Of a DNA stretch of 64,000 bases, positions 10,301-20,437 are shown one piece after another. A model generated the notes under the pieces. The model worked only from the letters and a program-made list of their open reading frames with translations. It made no database searches and was not told the DNA's origin. Source of the stretch: a virus. Taxonomy: Duplodnaviria > Caudoviricetes. The stretch spans positions 64,001 to 128,000 of IMG/VR virus record IMGVR_UViG_3300013947_000019, one strand, 5' to 3'. Position 1 is the first letter of the stretch. Every line of letters starts with the position of its first letter. Both the position numbers and the translations under genes were made by a program.

Positions 10301-10792
10301 ATGGCTAATAAGGTTGAGGCGAATGTCGCCAAGATGGTGGAGGAGCTGAAGAAGAATCCCTCTGCTCGTTTCAGTAAGTCCGACTTCCAGGCTCTGGTGT
10401 ATGCGGTCCTGGCTGATAAGGATTTCGATACCAAGAAGTATGTGATTAAGAATGATGAGATCATCGAGCAGCATACTTCTCTGAATGATGCTATGAAGAA
10501 GTTTATGGATAAGCTTCTGAAGCATGCGCAGATGTCTGATTCTGCTGAACGTGCTGCAGTGATCGACAGCTTTGAGTTTGGTCCTCGTGATGTTGAGTGG
10601 ATTACTGATGCTGTTGATGAGGCTATGTATCAGTACAGCGAATGCGGCAAGAATATGCGTATGTTCCGTGATAAGATGCTGCAGCTGTCTGTGAAGAAGA
10701 TGGTTCGCTCCGGCAAGTCTGCTGGTAAGATTACATATAAGAAGTCTGTTGTAGACAGAGCTGTTGCTCTGAAGAAGAGAACGGACAAGTAA
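10301..10792 (+). CDS. probably abundant small protein, possibly DNA-binding (HU-like?)
   Basis: AAGGAG RBS; strong codon bias; basic C-terminus; HU resemblance is weak. Confidence 0.7.
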   Translation: MANKVEANVAKMVEELKKNPSARFSKSDFQALVYAVLADKDFDTKKYVIKNDEIIEQHTSLNDAMKKFMDKLLKHAQMSDSAERAAVIDSFEFGPRDVEWITDAVDEAMYQYSECGKNMRMFRDKMLQLSVKKMVRSGKSAGKITYKKSVVDRAVALKKRTDK

Positions 10793-10882
10793 ATTTGCTA
10801 TTCAGGAAACCAAAATGGTTTGCGCTTCCCATTTTGGTGGATTTGTTGCTGTTCATATCGAACCCTCCGGTTAGAGAAGATT

Positions 10883-10902
10883 AGGTACCCTTCGGGGTAC
10901 CT
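10883..10902 (+). terminator. intrinsic terminator
   Basis: AGGTACCC-TTCG-GGGTACCT followed by T-rich tract. Confidence 0.75.
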
Positions 10903-10943
10903 TTTCTTCCCTCTCTTTTTCTCACACCTATTTAAATAGGGTC

Positions 10944-10956
10944 AACATCCATATAA
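10944..10956 (+). promoter_or_regulatory. putative late promoter
   Basis: AACA-TCCATA-TAA upstream of tape measure gene. Confidence 0.6.
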
Positions 10957-10983
10957 TCTAACACCCGGAAAGGCGGTGAGAAA

Positions 10984-13900
10984 ATGGCTAAAGTGGATAG
11001 AAGTACTCGTGAAATTAATCAGCGAGTAAAACGTGCAGTGGGCAATACTTCTAAGAGAGCTAGCAATGCTGGCAAAATGTTTTTACATGTAGGAGGAGAG
11101 TTCTTAAAGACGAACTTTCCTACCCCTTTTGCTTTTGTGGAAACCAATAAAGATGTATTGGACTCTACTGCAAAATTCTTACGTAATCCTGTAGATAATG
11201 TAAACAGACAGATCAACCGGGCGTTAGCTACTGATGATTTCAAAGCCTTATCTAAACTGGCTAAGAATACATTAGCAGACCTCAAGAGCGGTAACTATTA
11301 TGATCCTGAGAGGCATCGTGATGCTGCATCGGAACAGATGGATGCTGCTATGGCTGAACTTGATAATTTTGATTTCGATTTCGGCGGCTTTGATCTTAGC
11401 GATTTCGATGAGAATGGTGACTGGGTAGATAGTTCTGATGATGCTGCTAAGGCTGATGTAAATACACAGCTTAAAGTTGCATATCTACAAAATGCAAAAG
11501 ATGATGCACGTACAACAGCAACTGTCAATGCAATTGTAGGTGGAACTCAAGCTCAGATTCAGAATGATAATGCCAATGCTCAGGTTAATATTCGTATGAT
11601 GCTCAAGCAACACTCTGAAATGATGCAAACTCAAGAGAGTTTGATTCAGGGTCAGCAAGCTACATTCGAATTAATTTCTAAATCTTCTGAAGCTCATGCC
11701 AATCTCTTCCGAGAAGCTCATAATCAGGTAATGGGTAAATTTGATACTACAATCGAATTACTTAAGAAGATTGAAGTTAATACCCAGAAGCCTGTTAAGA
11801 CTGAGAAGAAGAGAAAAGAAACTGAAGATATCTTTGGTACTAATGGTGAGCTGAATCTGAAAGCTTATGCAAAAGCTGTCAAGAAGAATATCAGTGATAA
11901 GATGTTCAGTCTACCGATTGGTGTCGGTGGTGTTATGGGCTTACCATTTAGTCAGATTATTGAAACTTTTGGTGATAACCCGATTGACAGCCTACTGCAG
12001 TTAGCTCTTAGTGCAGCTATTCCAAAGGGTACGAGATATCAGATGGAACGTACCAATAAGAATATGCAAGGATTCTTACCTGCTCTTATGCAGAAGATGA
12101 CTGAACGTGGTCGTCTCTATGAAACTGGTAAGAGTAATAAGAAATTTGATATGCTTATGGGTCTTCTTGCTCCAAGTCAGGAATCCAAGACCGGTATCAG
12201 TACCAGAAATAGTGATTATCTGAAGGCTGCACAGATTACCAATAAGACGGTACGAGCTATTGAGGAAGTCATCCCTATGTGGCTTTCTCGTATTGACTCA
12301 CATCTTACTGGCGGTCCAATGATGGTTTATGACTATGAACGTGGACAGTTAGTAAATGCTGGTAAAGTTATTGCTGAGAATGAACGTTATAATCGTAATA
12401 TCGCCAAGAATATTGATGGGTATTATGAAGTAGCCAGCAGAGCTAAGAATTATAAGTTTAAGAATGAAGGAGATCAGAAAGCTTTCTTAGACTTTGTATA
12501 TAGATTCTTCCAGAATGCTGGTGAAAATGATAAGTTCATCAATCCTTGGGGAGATATGAAGAATCTGATGAGGGATATGGATGTCCCTGAAGGGTCCAAT
12601 TATGATAATATGCTTATGGCTATTCTTCGTAACTTGAATCCTGATCAGAGTAAAGTAAAGGGTGCCAATAAAGCTGCTATTCTTCAAATGAATAGTAGTA
12701 TTGCTAATGCTCGCAGAAGACGTAATGATACGAACTTTAGAGTAAATCGAGATCTTGCTGAAAGTGGGCTAATTGGTGCTTGGTCCTTTATGGATGAGAC
12801 CAGTAGAAATGCTATCATTGGTAAAGCTATGAGTCAACATGATGAGCTTTCTGATGAAGATATTGAGAAGATCAGTGAACAAAGAAGAAAAGCTCTGTTA
12901 AAGAATGGTGGAGTTAACGCCTCCAATGTTCTTCTTGCTGATATTCTGAAAACACTTCGTTCTGGTATTATTACTTATAGCACTTCACTAAAGGGTTCAC
13001 CTGAATCTATTCCGGATTATGTGAAGGAAAAGATTAAGGTTAAGAGATCTCGTACAATTACTCCTGGTACAGTTGGTGGACGTGCAACTTCTATCAATGA
13101 TCCTGCAACACAGGCTGTTGATGAACTATACGCGAATACGATGTCTCTGGAAGAGCTTATGACTCAGCAGGGAAATCTGTCATATGATAAAGATGAGGAT
13201 GCGCGTCAGAGAGAAATTGAACGTCTTCGCAAGGAAGGTAAGGATCCTACAAACCGTTATAATGATACTCTCCGAGATAAGAGTAAGTATTATAAGAAAG
13301 CTTTCGAAGAATCCAATTTTGGTAAGCTTGTCGCTACGGTCAAAGCAACTGCAGAGAATCCTTTTAAGTTAGTTAATAGTGCTCTTCAGATGGTAGATGA
13401 CATGATGTACAAAACTCTGTTCGGTACAGATGCTCTTAAGGATGGAGAAGAAGATGGTCCTATCGATCCTAAAGATTCTCCTTCCATTCTGAAGACTACT
13501 ATGAATATCATTGCTAAACAATTCAATCAACTCTCTGGATTTGTCAATAGTACATTTAAGAGGATTGATGATTATCTGTTTGCTCCTGAACATGGCCTGT
13601 TTTCTAAAGCTATGAAATCTCTTGGCGAAATGCTTGGATTTGGTGAGCTGAAAGATAAGGCTATGGACAAGGCTAAGAATGTTCGTGACAAGATCAAGAA
13701 CAAAGTTGTTGGTACCAAGGGTGAAGATGGTAAGTATTCCGGAGGTTGGGCTTCTAATCTTGTAAATAACTACAAGGAAGGTAAAGATGATCTGGAAGGT
13801 ACCATTAAGGGTGCTATCAACAAGATGCTCTATGGTGACTATGCTGCCAGTAAGGGTAAGTTTGAAGGCTTTGTTGTTGATGAACAAGGTAATGCTACTC

Positions 13901-16900
13901 AGAAGAAGGATTATGGCGGAGTTATTGGTAAGATTCGTAAGTCTTTTGATGGCCTGAATGATTTCCTCTTCGGAGAAGGCACTGCTGATGATAAGGATCG
14001 TTCCAAAGCTAAGTGGAAGAAAGTTAAGGGTGCTTTTAAAGAAGCTGCTCCTAAGATGACTGCTGGTGCTGGCATCGGTGCTATTACTGGTCTCTTCCTT
14101 CCTGGTGGACCTATCCTTGGTGCAATTCTTGGTTCCATGACTGGATTAGTTTCTGGTTCTTCTGAACTGAAGAAATATCTCTTTGGTGAGTATAGCGATG
14201 AAATGGAAGACGTTATTGATCCAGAAACCGGAAAGGTTGCCACTGATTGGAAGGGTAATAAGAAACAGAGAAGAAAGCAAACTAAATCTGGTATCTTTAG
14301 TAGAGAACTCCAGGATGGTGTGAAGAAGATAGTTCCCGCCAGTATCCTTGGCGGTATTGGTGGTAAACTTGCTGGTGGTAGCATTGTATCTCTCGGTGCT
14401 AAGATGGGTATTCTTCCCGCAACTACCAGTTTACTTCCATTCACTATCCTTGGTGTTGGCGCTGGACTGCTCTCTACTTCTGATGAGTTTAAGAAGATGA
14501 TCTTTGGTGATTCTGAAGATCCTAAGTCTGGATTAATTTCTAAGGATTTTAGAGAAAAAGCATTAAAGACAGTTAAGAAGGTTGCACCTTCTGCTTTAGG
14601 TGGTGCAGCTATTGGTAAGGGCATGGCTCTTGCTATGGGACATCTTGGTATCTTCCCTGGTTTGATGCTTGGTCCTGGCGGTCCTATCATGGCTACGCTT
14701 GGTGCTATTACTATGGGTAGTCAGGCTGATAAGATTAACAAGTTCTTATTCGGTGAAGAGACTGAATCTGAAGTTGATGAGAAAGATAGTGAAGGTAATG
14801 TAATCGGTAAGAAGAAAGTGAAGAAACGCGAAGGTGGTGTCTTCGGTAAGGCTTATGATTACATGAAGGATAAGGTTATGGAACCGATTGCCAAGGGTAT
14901 GAACAATGTAGTTAAAGGTATTGGTAATTGGTTTAAGGAAGATATCCTCGGCCCTCTTGGTAGATCTATCGAACCTCTGAAGGATAAGTTGAAAGAGGCT
15001 GGCGCTTCTATCAAGGAATCTCTATCTAATATTGGTAATAGTATTGCTACTGGTATTACCAGAGCTCTTGGTATTGTTCCTGAAGATCAGGATATGAAAA
15101 CCTTCTGGGAGAAGAATGTTAAAGGTAAGTTGAAGCAGACTTTTAACAATCTTTTCAGTGGTCTTGGTAAACTGATCGGTAAGATCTTATCTGCTCCGTT
15201 TAAGGCTCTTGAATCTATTGTTCGTGGATCCACTCAACCTGGTGAAGAGGATGATGGTTTAGGAGATGGAACTGGAGCTCCCAAGAAGAAAGGTCTTTTT
15301 GGAAGATTCAATGACAGTTTCAATAAGTGGAGAGATAAGAGTAGAAAGAGGCGATTCCAGAGAGCTGGTGAGAATCTTGGTAATGCTTTTAAAGATTCTG
15401 GTTCTCATTTAGAAGATATCGGATACCGCTTTGCTGACTATGCCGATACTGCAGCGACTGGTGCTGCTGTTGGTATGAATAAAGTTGGCGGAGCGCTGTC
15501 TCGTATCTTTGGTGGTAAGAATAATCCTGTGCAAGCTGCTACTACGAGTACTGCTGCAGCAACTGGATTTACTATGGCTCAGTTACAAGCTATGCCTGTG
15601 GCTGATGCTATTCAGAATATTCAGAAGAAACAGTCCCAGGGTATTCCTTTAACTCCTGCAGAGCAGTCCTTTATGTCTGCAAACTGGAGAAAGGTAAAAG
15701 GTAATACTACAGTTACTCAGAATCGTACAATCAATCAAACGATTAAAGATTCTGCAGATAACAAAGAATCTGAGACTGATTCTGAAGATACTAAGATGTC
15801 TAGAGCAGATCGCAGAGCTGCTAAGGCTGAAGCTAAGGAAGAGCGAAGAGCTAAGAAGAAATCTGCTTCCTGGGCTAAAGATAACCATGATAACATCAAG
15901 AAGATGTCCAAAAATACTGCTAAGATCTATGACGAGATCAGAGGTCAACTCGGTGGTCTTGGATGGAATGTAGCTTACATTAAGACACTTCTTGAGTTAC
16001 AGTATGGTCCTTTAAATAATGACCAATTACCCGAGGAGATGGAAGGTTCTACTAAGTCTGTACGTAAGAAGCGCGACTTCTTCGGTAAGATGAGAGATAA
16101 AGCTTCTGATATCTTCCATGGTATTGGTGATAAGCTCGGAGATCTCAAAGATGCTATCTTTGGTGATCGTGATAAATCTGGTAAGGGTAAAGGTGGTGGA
16201 GGTCGAGGAGGTATTAAAGCCATTCTTCGATTAGTATTTACACCTTTCCGAATCCTTGGTAAGGCTGCTGGATTTATTGGTGATCGTATTAGTGATCTAT
16301 TCGATGTTCTTGGTGTAGCTGTTAAGAGTGGCGTACAATTAATTGGTGATGCACTTCATACTGGTGCGCAGCTAATTGTTGGTGCTGCTAAGGGTATTGG
16401 TTCTGCTCTTGGTGATGCTGCTGCTCTGTTCATTGGTACTATTAAAGATATCGGATTAAGTCTCACTGCGATGATCCGAGGTACACTACAATTCTTATCC
16501 GATACGATTCCTGCACTGGCTGCTGATGTAATTCATGCTGGTGTTGGATTAGCTAAGGGTATTGGTAAGGGTGTAATCAAGGGTGCTAAATGGATTGGCT
16601 CTGGTATCAAGGGTATTGGAACTAAGATCAAGAATCGTCGTGATAAGAAGAAAGGTATTACTACACAGACAAAGATCGAACGAATTGGAACTTTCCAAAT
16701 TGCTGGTGGATACGTCGATGATTCTGGTACTACCTTCCCGATGATCGGTGATAAGTTAGCTCCTCAGCCAGTACCTATTGTTAGCATGTTCAAGGGTAAG
16801 GCGCATGGCTCTATTCCGTATGCTATTCCAGTATATGTTGCAAATGATTCTATTCCTGCAACTATCAAGAATATGATGAAGGGTGATAAGGATGATAATC

Positions 16901-19900
16901 TGGATAAGGATTATACCAACACCTATAAGTCAGTCGATAGACAGGCAGAAGCAAATGCAAATCCTGCAGAAGTATATGATAAAGCCATTGCCAATGCCAA
17001 GACTAAAGAAGAGCGTGATGCTATTCTGCATGCTGCTCAACTGAATGCAGCTAAGCAACAGCTTGCCTTACCAGCACACACTGAAGAGGAAGAAGAATCT
17101 TCTGGTGGATTATTCTCTACACTCATTAGTTCACTTGCTGGCGGATCTGGATCTGGTGGAATATTGAAAGCTCTTGCTGGACTATTTGCTGGAACAAAAC
17201 TCGGTAAACTAGCAGCTAAAGTTATTCCTGCTATTGCGCCAATCACATCTCTTGGATTAAGCACAGTGCTTCCTGGTATGATTGGTGCTATTGATCAGGT
17301 TAAAGAAGGAGATCTTGTCAATGCTGGCATTAGAGGTACACGCACATTTACTCAAACTGGGGTGAATGCACTTAAATTAAGTGGTCGTTATCTCGAGAAA
17401 GCTGCTGGTACAATGCCACTGAGTGCTGAGGAAGGTAAGCTTTTAAAGAAGTCTAATGTTGCACAAAAGATTGGTACTTCAATTGCTAAAACTACACAGA
17501 ATGCTACAAGTAAACTTGTAACTTGGATTAAGAATGCTTTTACTAAACTCTTTGGTGAAAATACTATTAAGAATGCTATAGCCAATGTCGGTGAAGGTAA
17601 AGGCAATCTGAAAGAAAAGTTACTTGCTGGTGTTACAAAGAATCTTGATAAATGGGTTGCAAATGCTGGTAAAGAAACTGCAGAGCAGCTATTAAAGAAA
17701 GCAAATATTGTTTTAATGGTAGCAGGAGCAGTAGTTGATTTCACTAAGGGTTATAGAAGAGCTGATAGATACTTTGATGTCGATCATTCTGATCTTACTT
17801 TTGGTATGAAGCTAACTGCTGGTTTATGTAATGCATTATCTGGTCTGGCATTTGGTTTAATTCCAGAGGCTTGGTTAACTCAGACGCTATATAGTATTCT
17901 TGCTAACGCTGAAGATAAGCAAAATCTTGCTGACAATCAACAGAAGCTAAAAGATAAAGTTGCTACATATAATTCTGAGAATAATACAAGTTATAGTGTT
18001 GAAGAATTCCAAGATAAATTTAAAGAGGATGGATCTAGACGTAGTCCTGGATTATTCAAGGGTGTATGGAATGTACTGACTGGTAAAACTTGGTATGGTG
18101 ATGAACGCTATACTGAGGAAGAAAAACAGGCAAATCTTCAGCGCACAATGAATAATTTGGATAACTTCCATGCACTTGGTGCTGGTCGTTGGGGTCATGG
18201 TCCTGCGCACTATTCGCAGAGAGATTCTCGTTGGAATCATGGTACAAATATGGCTTCTGTTGGTTGTGGTCCTACAGCTGCAGCAATCGTAGGTAGTGCT
18301 TATGGTGATAAGAGAAATCCGTTAGCTGCAAATGCCATGTCTTATGGTCTTGGTATGCGCTCTGCTGATGGTGGTACTGATCCTAGATTCTTCAGTCAGT
18401 ATGCTGCATCTTCTAACTATGGTATGGCACAGGGTCCAAATTCCAGTGCTATGGTTGCATCCAACCTGTCTAAGGGTCAGCCTGTTGTAATGATGGGTAA
18501 GGGTGGAGCATTCGGTTCTGGTATGCACTATATGGTTGCTGATAAGATGATGGGTAGAAATAGAGTTAGCATGATTGATCCATATACTGGAGGTACTAAA
18601 TCTGGTAATCTTGGTTCTATTATGAAAAACACTTCTTCTACTATCTATTCTTATGGTAAGGGTCCTGGTAGTGGTGGTAGAGGTAATGGTTTTGGTGGAA
18701 ATGTCCGTGGTGCACAGCAAGCTCTCTGTAACAAGATGGCCGGTGTAGCCGGAAAGATCAGATATACCACCAGTGGCGCACAAGATCCTGATCAGGGCAC
18801 TGCGTCCTGTGCATCTATGTGTAACTGGGCATATAAGAAGGTCTTCCCAGATGTATTTACCAATGCACCTATGTCTGCTAATGCTTACTATAGTTCTCTG
18901 GATAGTCGATTTGAGACAATCTATGTCAATGATGGTACTCAATCGTTCAATATGAACATGCTTCAGCCCGGCGACTTGTTGTACTTCGATTGGCGAACAA
19001 CAAAGATCATGAATGGTAAGATGTCTCATGTTGATATGTATGCTGGTAATAATATGGTATGGTATCATGGTGGTGATCCAATTATGGGACCCACTAAGAA
19101 GACTATGACTGATTATAGAATTCAGCATCTGATGAAAGTGCGTCGTTATAAGCCATTTATTGATGGTAGTGTTAAAACATATGATGACTCTGAAGTCGAC
19201 TATACTGGTTCTACTACAAGTGATTCTGATAGTACTAGTGATAGTACCTTCTTTGGGCAGATTACGAATCTGTTCCAGTCTGCTGGTGAGAAGTTTGATA
19301 ACTTCTTCGGTGGACTGTATGGAAATAAATCCAGTAATAGTGATGATTCATCTGGTACTACCAGCGGTGGTGCTTCTGGTGTAATTACTTCTACTTCAAA
19401 TATTGGACTGTCTACAAATACCAGAGAAAATGGCAGAAAGATCTGGAAGTTCTTCAAGGATAAGGGATTATCCAATAATCAGATTGCTGGTATTGTGGGT
19501 AATTTGTATCAGGAATCCTTACTCCGTCCTGAGAATGTTAGTGACTATTATAATAAGAGAACTGGCATTACCGATCAGGGTTATACTGATATGGTGAATA
19601 ATGGTACATATAAGACATTTGCTACAGACGGTGAAGGATATGGTCTGCCGATGTGGACTGTCTCTGATAATAAGGGACCGTTACTGGAGTCTGCTAAGAA
19701 GAGTGGTAAGTCTGTTGGTGATCTTGGATTACAGCTCGACTTCTTGTGGAATGATCTGAATACGAAGTATAAGGAAGCCTTAATGGATCCTATTCGTCAG
19801 TCTGATTCCCTGGAAGATATTGCTGTCAAGTTCATGCAGACATATGAGAAGCCTGCTGGTTATAAAACCGAAGCTAAGAAACAGGAGCGCATTAATGCTG

Positions 19901-20328
19901 CTAAGACTGTTCTTTCTCAGTTTGGTACTGGTAGGGGCGATTTAACGAATCTGACTTCTATGAATAACCGTATCCGTGGTATGAACTCCACTATCACTAA
20001 ACTTAACGAGTTTGGTAAGGGTGAATCTACTGCAGTTATGGCTACGAAGCAGATTACTGATGCTATTAAGAGTAGTGAGTTCGGTAAAGGTGAGAGCGAT
20101 GCAACCACGCAGCAGATGCTCCAGCTTATGACCAAAGCTTTTGGTCAAATGATCTCACTGCTGAGTGATATCAAGGATAATACTGGTTCTGGTTCTACTG
20201 TAACGTCCAGCAATAGAAGCAAGAATATGAAGACCGTTCGTGGCGATAATTATAATGCGAATATGGATACTGAAAATAATACTACAGACTATGGTAGAAT
20301 TATTGTAGATAATCTAACTCGCAGATAA
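10984..20328 (+). CDS. tail tape measure / tail-associated lysin with C39-like peptidase, NlpC/P60 and phage-lysozyme-like domains
   Basis: 3114 aa; helical G/A/K-rich body with hydrophobic glycine-rich segments; YSQRD..GCGPTA..HYMV; SCAS..LQPGDLLYF..HVDMY; IAGIVGNLYQES..GYGL..YEKPA. Confidence 0.85.
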   Translation: MAKVDRSTREINQRVKRAVGNTSKRASNAGKMFLHVGGEFLKTNFPTPFAFVETNKDVLDSTAKFLRNPVDNVNRQINRALATDDFKALSKLAKNTLADLKSGNYYDPERHRDAASEQMDAAMAELDNFDFDFGGFDLSDFDENGDWVDSSDDAAKADVNTQLKVAYLQNAKDDARTTATVNAIVGGTQAQIQNDNANAQVNIRMMLKQHSEMMQTQESLIQGQQATFELISKSSEAHANLFREAHNQVMGKFDTTIELLKKIEVNTQKPVKTEKKRKETEDIFGTNGELNLKAYAKAVKKNISDKMFSLPIGVGGVMGLPFSQIIETFGDNPIDSLLQLALSAAIPKGTRYQMERTNKNMQGFLPALMQKMTERGRLYETGKSNKKFDMLMGLLAPSQESKTGISTRNSDYLKAAQITNKTVRAIEEVIPMWLSRIDSHLTGGPMMVYDYERGQLVNAGKVIAENERYNRNIAKNIDGYYEVASRAKNYKFKNEGDQKAFLDFVYRFFQNAGENDKFINPWGDMKNLMRDMDVPEGSNYDNMLMAILRNLNPDQSKVKGANKAAILQMNSSIANARRRRNDTNFRVNRDLAESGLIGAWSFMDETSRNAIIGKAMSQHDELSDEDIEKISEQRRKALLKNGGVNASNVLLADILKTLRSGIITYSTSLKGSPESIPDYVKEKIKVKRSRTITPGTVGGRATSINDPATQAVDELYANTMSLEELMTQQGNLSYDKDEDARQREIERLRKEGKDPTNRYNDTLRDKSKYYKKAFEESNFGKLVATVKATAENPFKLVNSALQMVDDMMYKTLFGTDALKDGEEDGPIDPKDSPSILKTTMNIIAKQFNQLSGFVNSTFKRIDDYLFAPEHGLFSKAMKSLGEMLGFGELKDKAMDKAKNVRDKIKNKVVGTKGEDGKYSGGWASNLVNNYKEGKDDLEGTIKGAINKMLYGDYAASKGKFEGFVVDEQGNATQKKDYGGVIGKIRKSFDGLNDFLFGEGTADDKDRSKAKWKKVKGAFKEAAPKMTAGAGIGAITGLFLPGGPILGAILGSMTGLVSGSSELKKYLFGEYSDEMEDVIDPETGKVATDWKGNKKQRRKQTKSGIFSRELQDGVKKIVPASILGGIGGKLAGGSIVSLGAKMGILPATTSLLPFTILGVGAGLLSTSDEFKKMIFGDSEDPKSGLISKDFREKALKTVKKVAPSALGGAAIGKGMALAMGHLGIFPGLMLGPGGPIMATLGAITMGSQADKINKFLFGEETESEVDEKDSEGNVIGKKKVKKREGGVFGKAYDYMKDKVMEPIAKGMNNVVKGIGNWFKEDILGPLGRSIEPLKDKLKEAGASIKESLSNIGNSIATGITRALGIVPEDQDMKTFWEKNVKGKLKQTFNNLFSGLGKLIGKILSAPFKALESIVRGSTQPGEEDDGLGDGTGAPKKKGLFGRFNDSFNKWRDKSRKRRFQRAGENLGNAFKDSGSHLEDIGYRFADYADTAATGAAVGMNKVGGALSRIFGGKNNPVQAATTSTAAATGFTMAQLQAMPVADAIQNIQKKQSQGIPLTPAEQSFMSANWRKVKGNTTVTQNRTINQTIKDSADNKESETDSEDTKMSRADRRAAKAEAKEERRAKKKSASWAKDNHDNIKKMSKNTAKIYDEIRGQLGGLGWNVAYIKTLLELQYGPLNNDQLPEEMEGSTKSVRKKRDFFGKMRDKASDIFHGIGDKLGDLKDAIFGDRDKSGKGKGGGGRGGIKAILRLVFTPFRILGKAAGFIGDRISDLFDVLGVAVKSGVQLIGDALHTGAQLIVGAAKGIGSALGDAAALFIGTIKDIGLSLTAMIRGTLQFLSDTIPALAADVIHAGVGLAKGIGKGVIKGAKWIGSGIKGIGTKIKNRRDKKKGITTQTKIERIGTFQIAGGYVDDSGTTFPMIGDKLAPQPVPIVSMFKGKAHGSIPYAIPVYVANDSIPATIKNMMKGDKDDNLDKDYTNTYKSVDRQAEANANPAEVYDKAIANAKTKEERDAILHAAQLNAAKQQLALPAHTEEEEESSGGLFSTLISSLAGGSGSGGILKALAGLFAGTKLGKLAAKVIPAIAPITSLGLSTVLPGMIGAIDQVKEGDLVNAGIRGTRTFTQTGVNALKLSGRYLEKAAGTMPLSAEEGKLLKKSNVAQKIGTSIAKTTQNATSKLVTWIKNAFTKLFGENTIKNAIANVGEGKGNLKEKLLAGVTKNLDKWVANAGKETAEQLLKKANIVLMVAGAVVDFTKGYRRADRYFDVDHSDLTFGMKLTAGLCNALSGLAFGLIPEAWLTQTLYSILANAEDKQNLADNQQKLKDKVATYNSENNTSYSVEEFQDKFKEDGSRRSPGLFKGVWNVLTGKTWYGDERYTEEEKQANLQRTMNNLDNFHALGAGRWGHGPAHYSQRDSRWNHGTNMASVGCGPTAAAIVGSAYGDKRNPLAANAMSYGLGMRSADGGTDPRFFSQYAASSNYGMAQGPNSSAMVASNLSKGQPVVMMGKGGAFGSGMHYMVADKMMGRNRVSMIDPYTGGTKSGNLGSIMKNTSSTIYSYGKGPGSGGRGNGFGGNVRGAQQALCNKMAGVAGKIRYTTSGAQDPDQGTASCASMCNWAYKKVFPDVFTNAPMSANAYYSSLDSRFETIYVNDGTQSFNMNMLQPGDLLYFDWRTTKIMNGKMSHVDMYAGNNMVWYHGGDPIMGPTKKTMTDYRIQHLMKVRRYKPFIDGSVKTYDDSEVDYTGSTTSDSDSTSDSTFFGQITNLFQSAGEKFDNFFGGLYGNKSSNSDDSSGTTSGGASGVITSTSNIGLSTNTRENGRKIWKFFKDKGLSNNQIAGIVGNLYQESLLRPENVSDYYNKRTGITDQGYTDMVNNGTYKTFATDGEGYGLPMWTVSDNKGPLLESAKKSGKSVGDLGLQLDFLWNDLNTKYKEALMDPIRQSDSLEDIAVKFMQTYEKPAGYKTEAKKQERINAAKTVLSQFGTGRGDLTNLTSMNNRIRGMNSTITKLNEFGKGESTAVMATKQITDAIKSSEFGKGESDATTQQMLQLMTKAFGQMISLLSDIKDNTGSGSTVTSSNRSKNMKTVRGDNYNANMDTENNTTDYGRIIVDNLTRR

Positions 20329-20345
20329 TTTAAAGTGTTGTCCTT

Positions 20346-20358
20346 GACAATACAATAA
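20346..20358 (+). promoter_or_regulatory. putative late promoter
   Basis: GACA-ATACAA-TAA. Confidence 0.45.
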
Positions 20359-20373
20359 TGTATGAATCAAAAG

Positions 20374-20403
20374 AGTGGATGCCGGTTCATACTGGCATCC
20401 ACT
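20374..20403 (+). terminator. hairpin (terminator or processing site)
   Basis: AGTGGATGCC..GGCATCCACT. Confidence 0.5.
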
Positions 20404-20437
20404 TCTAATTATCTTGTAAGAAAGTGAGGCGAACGAA

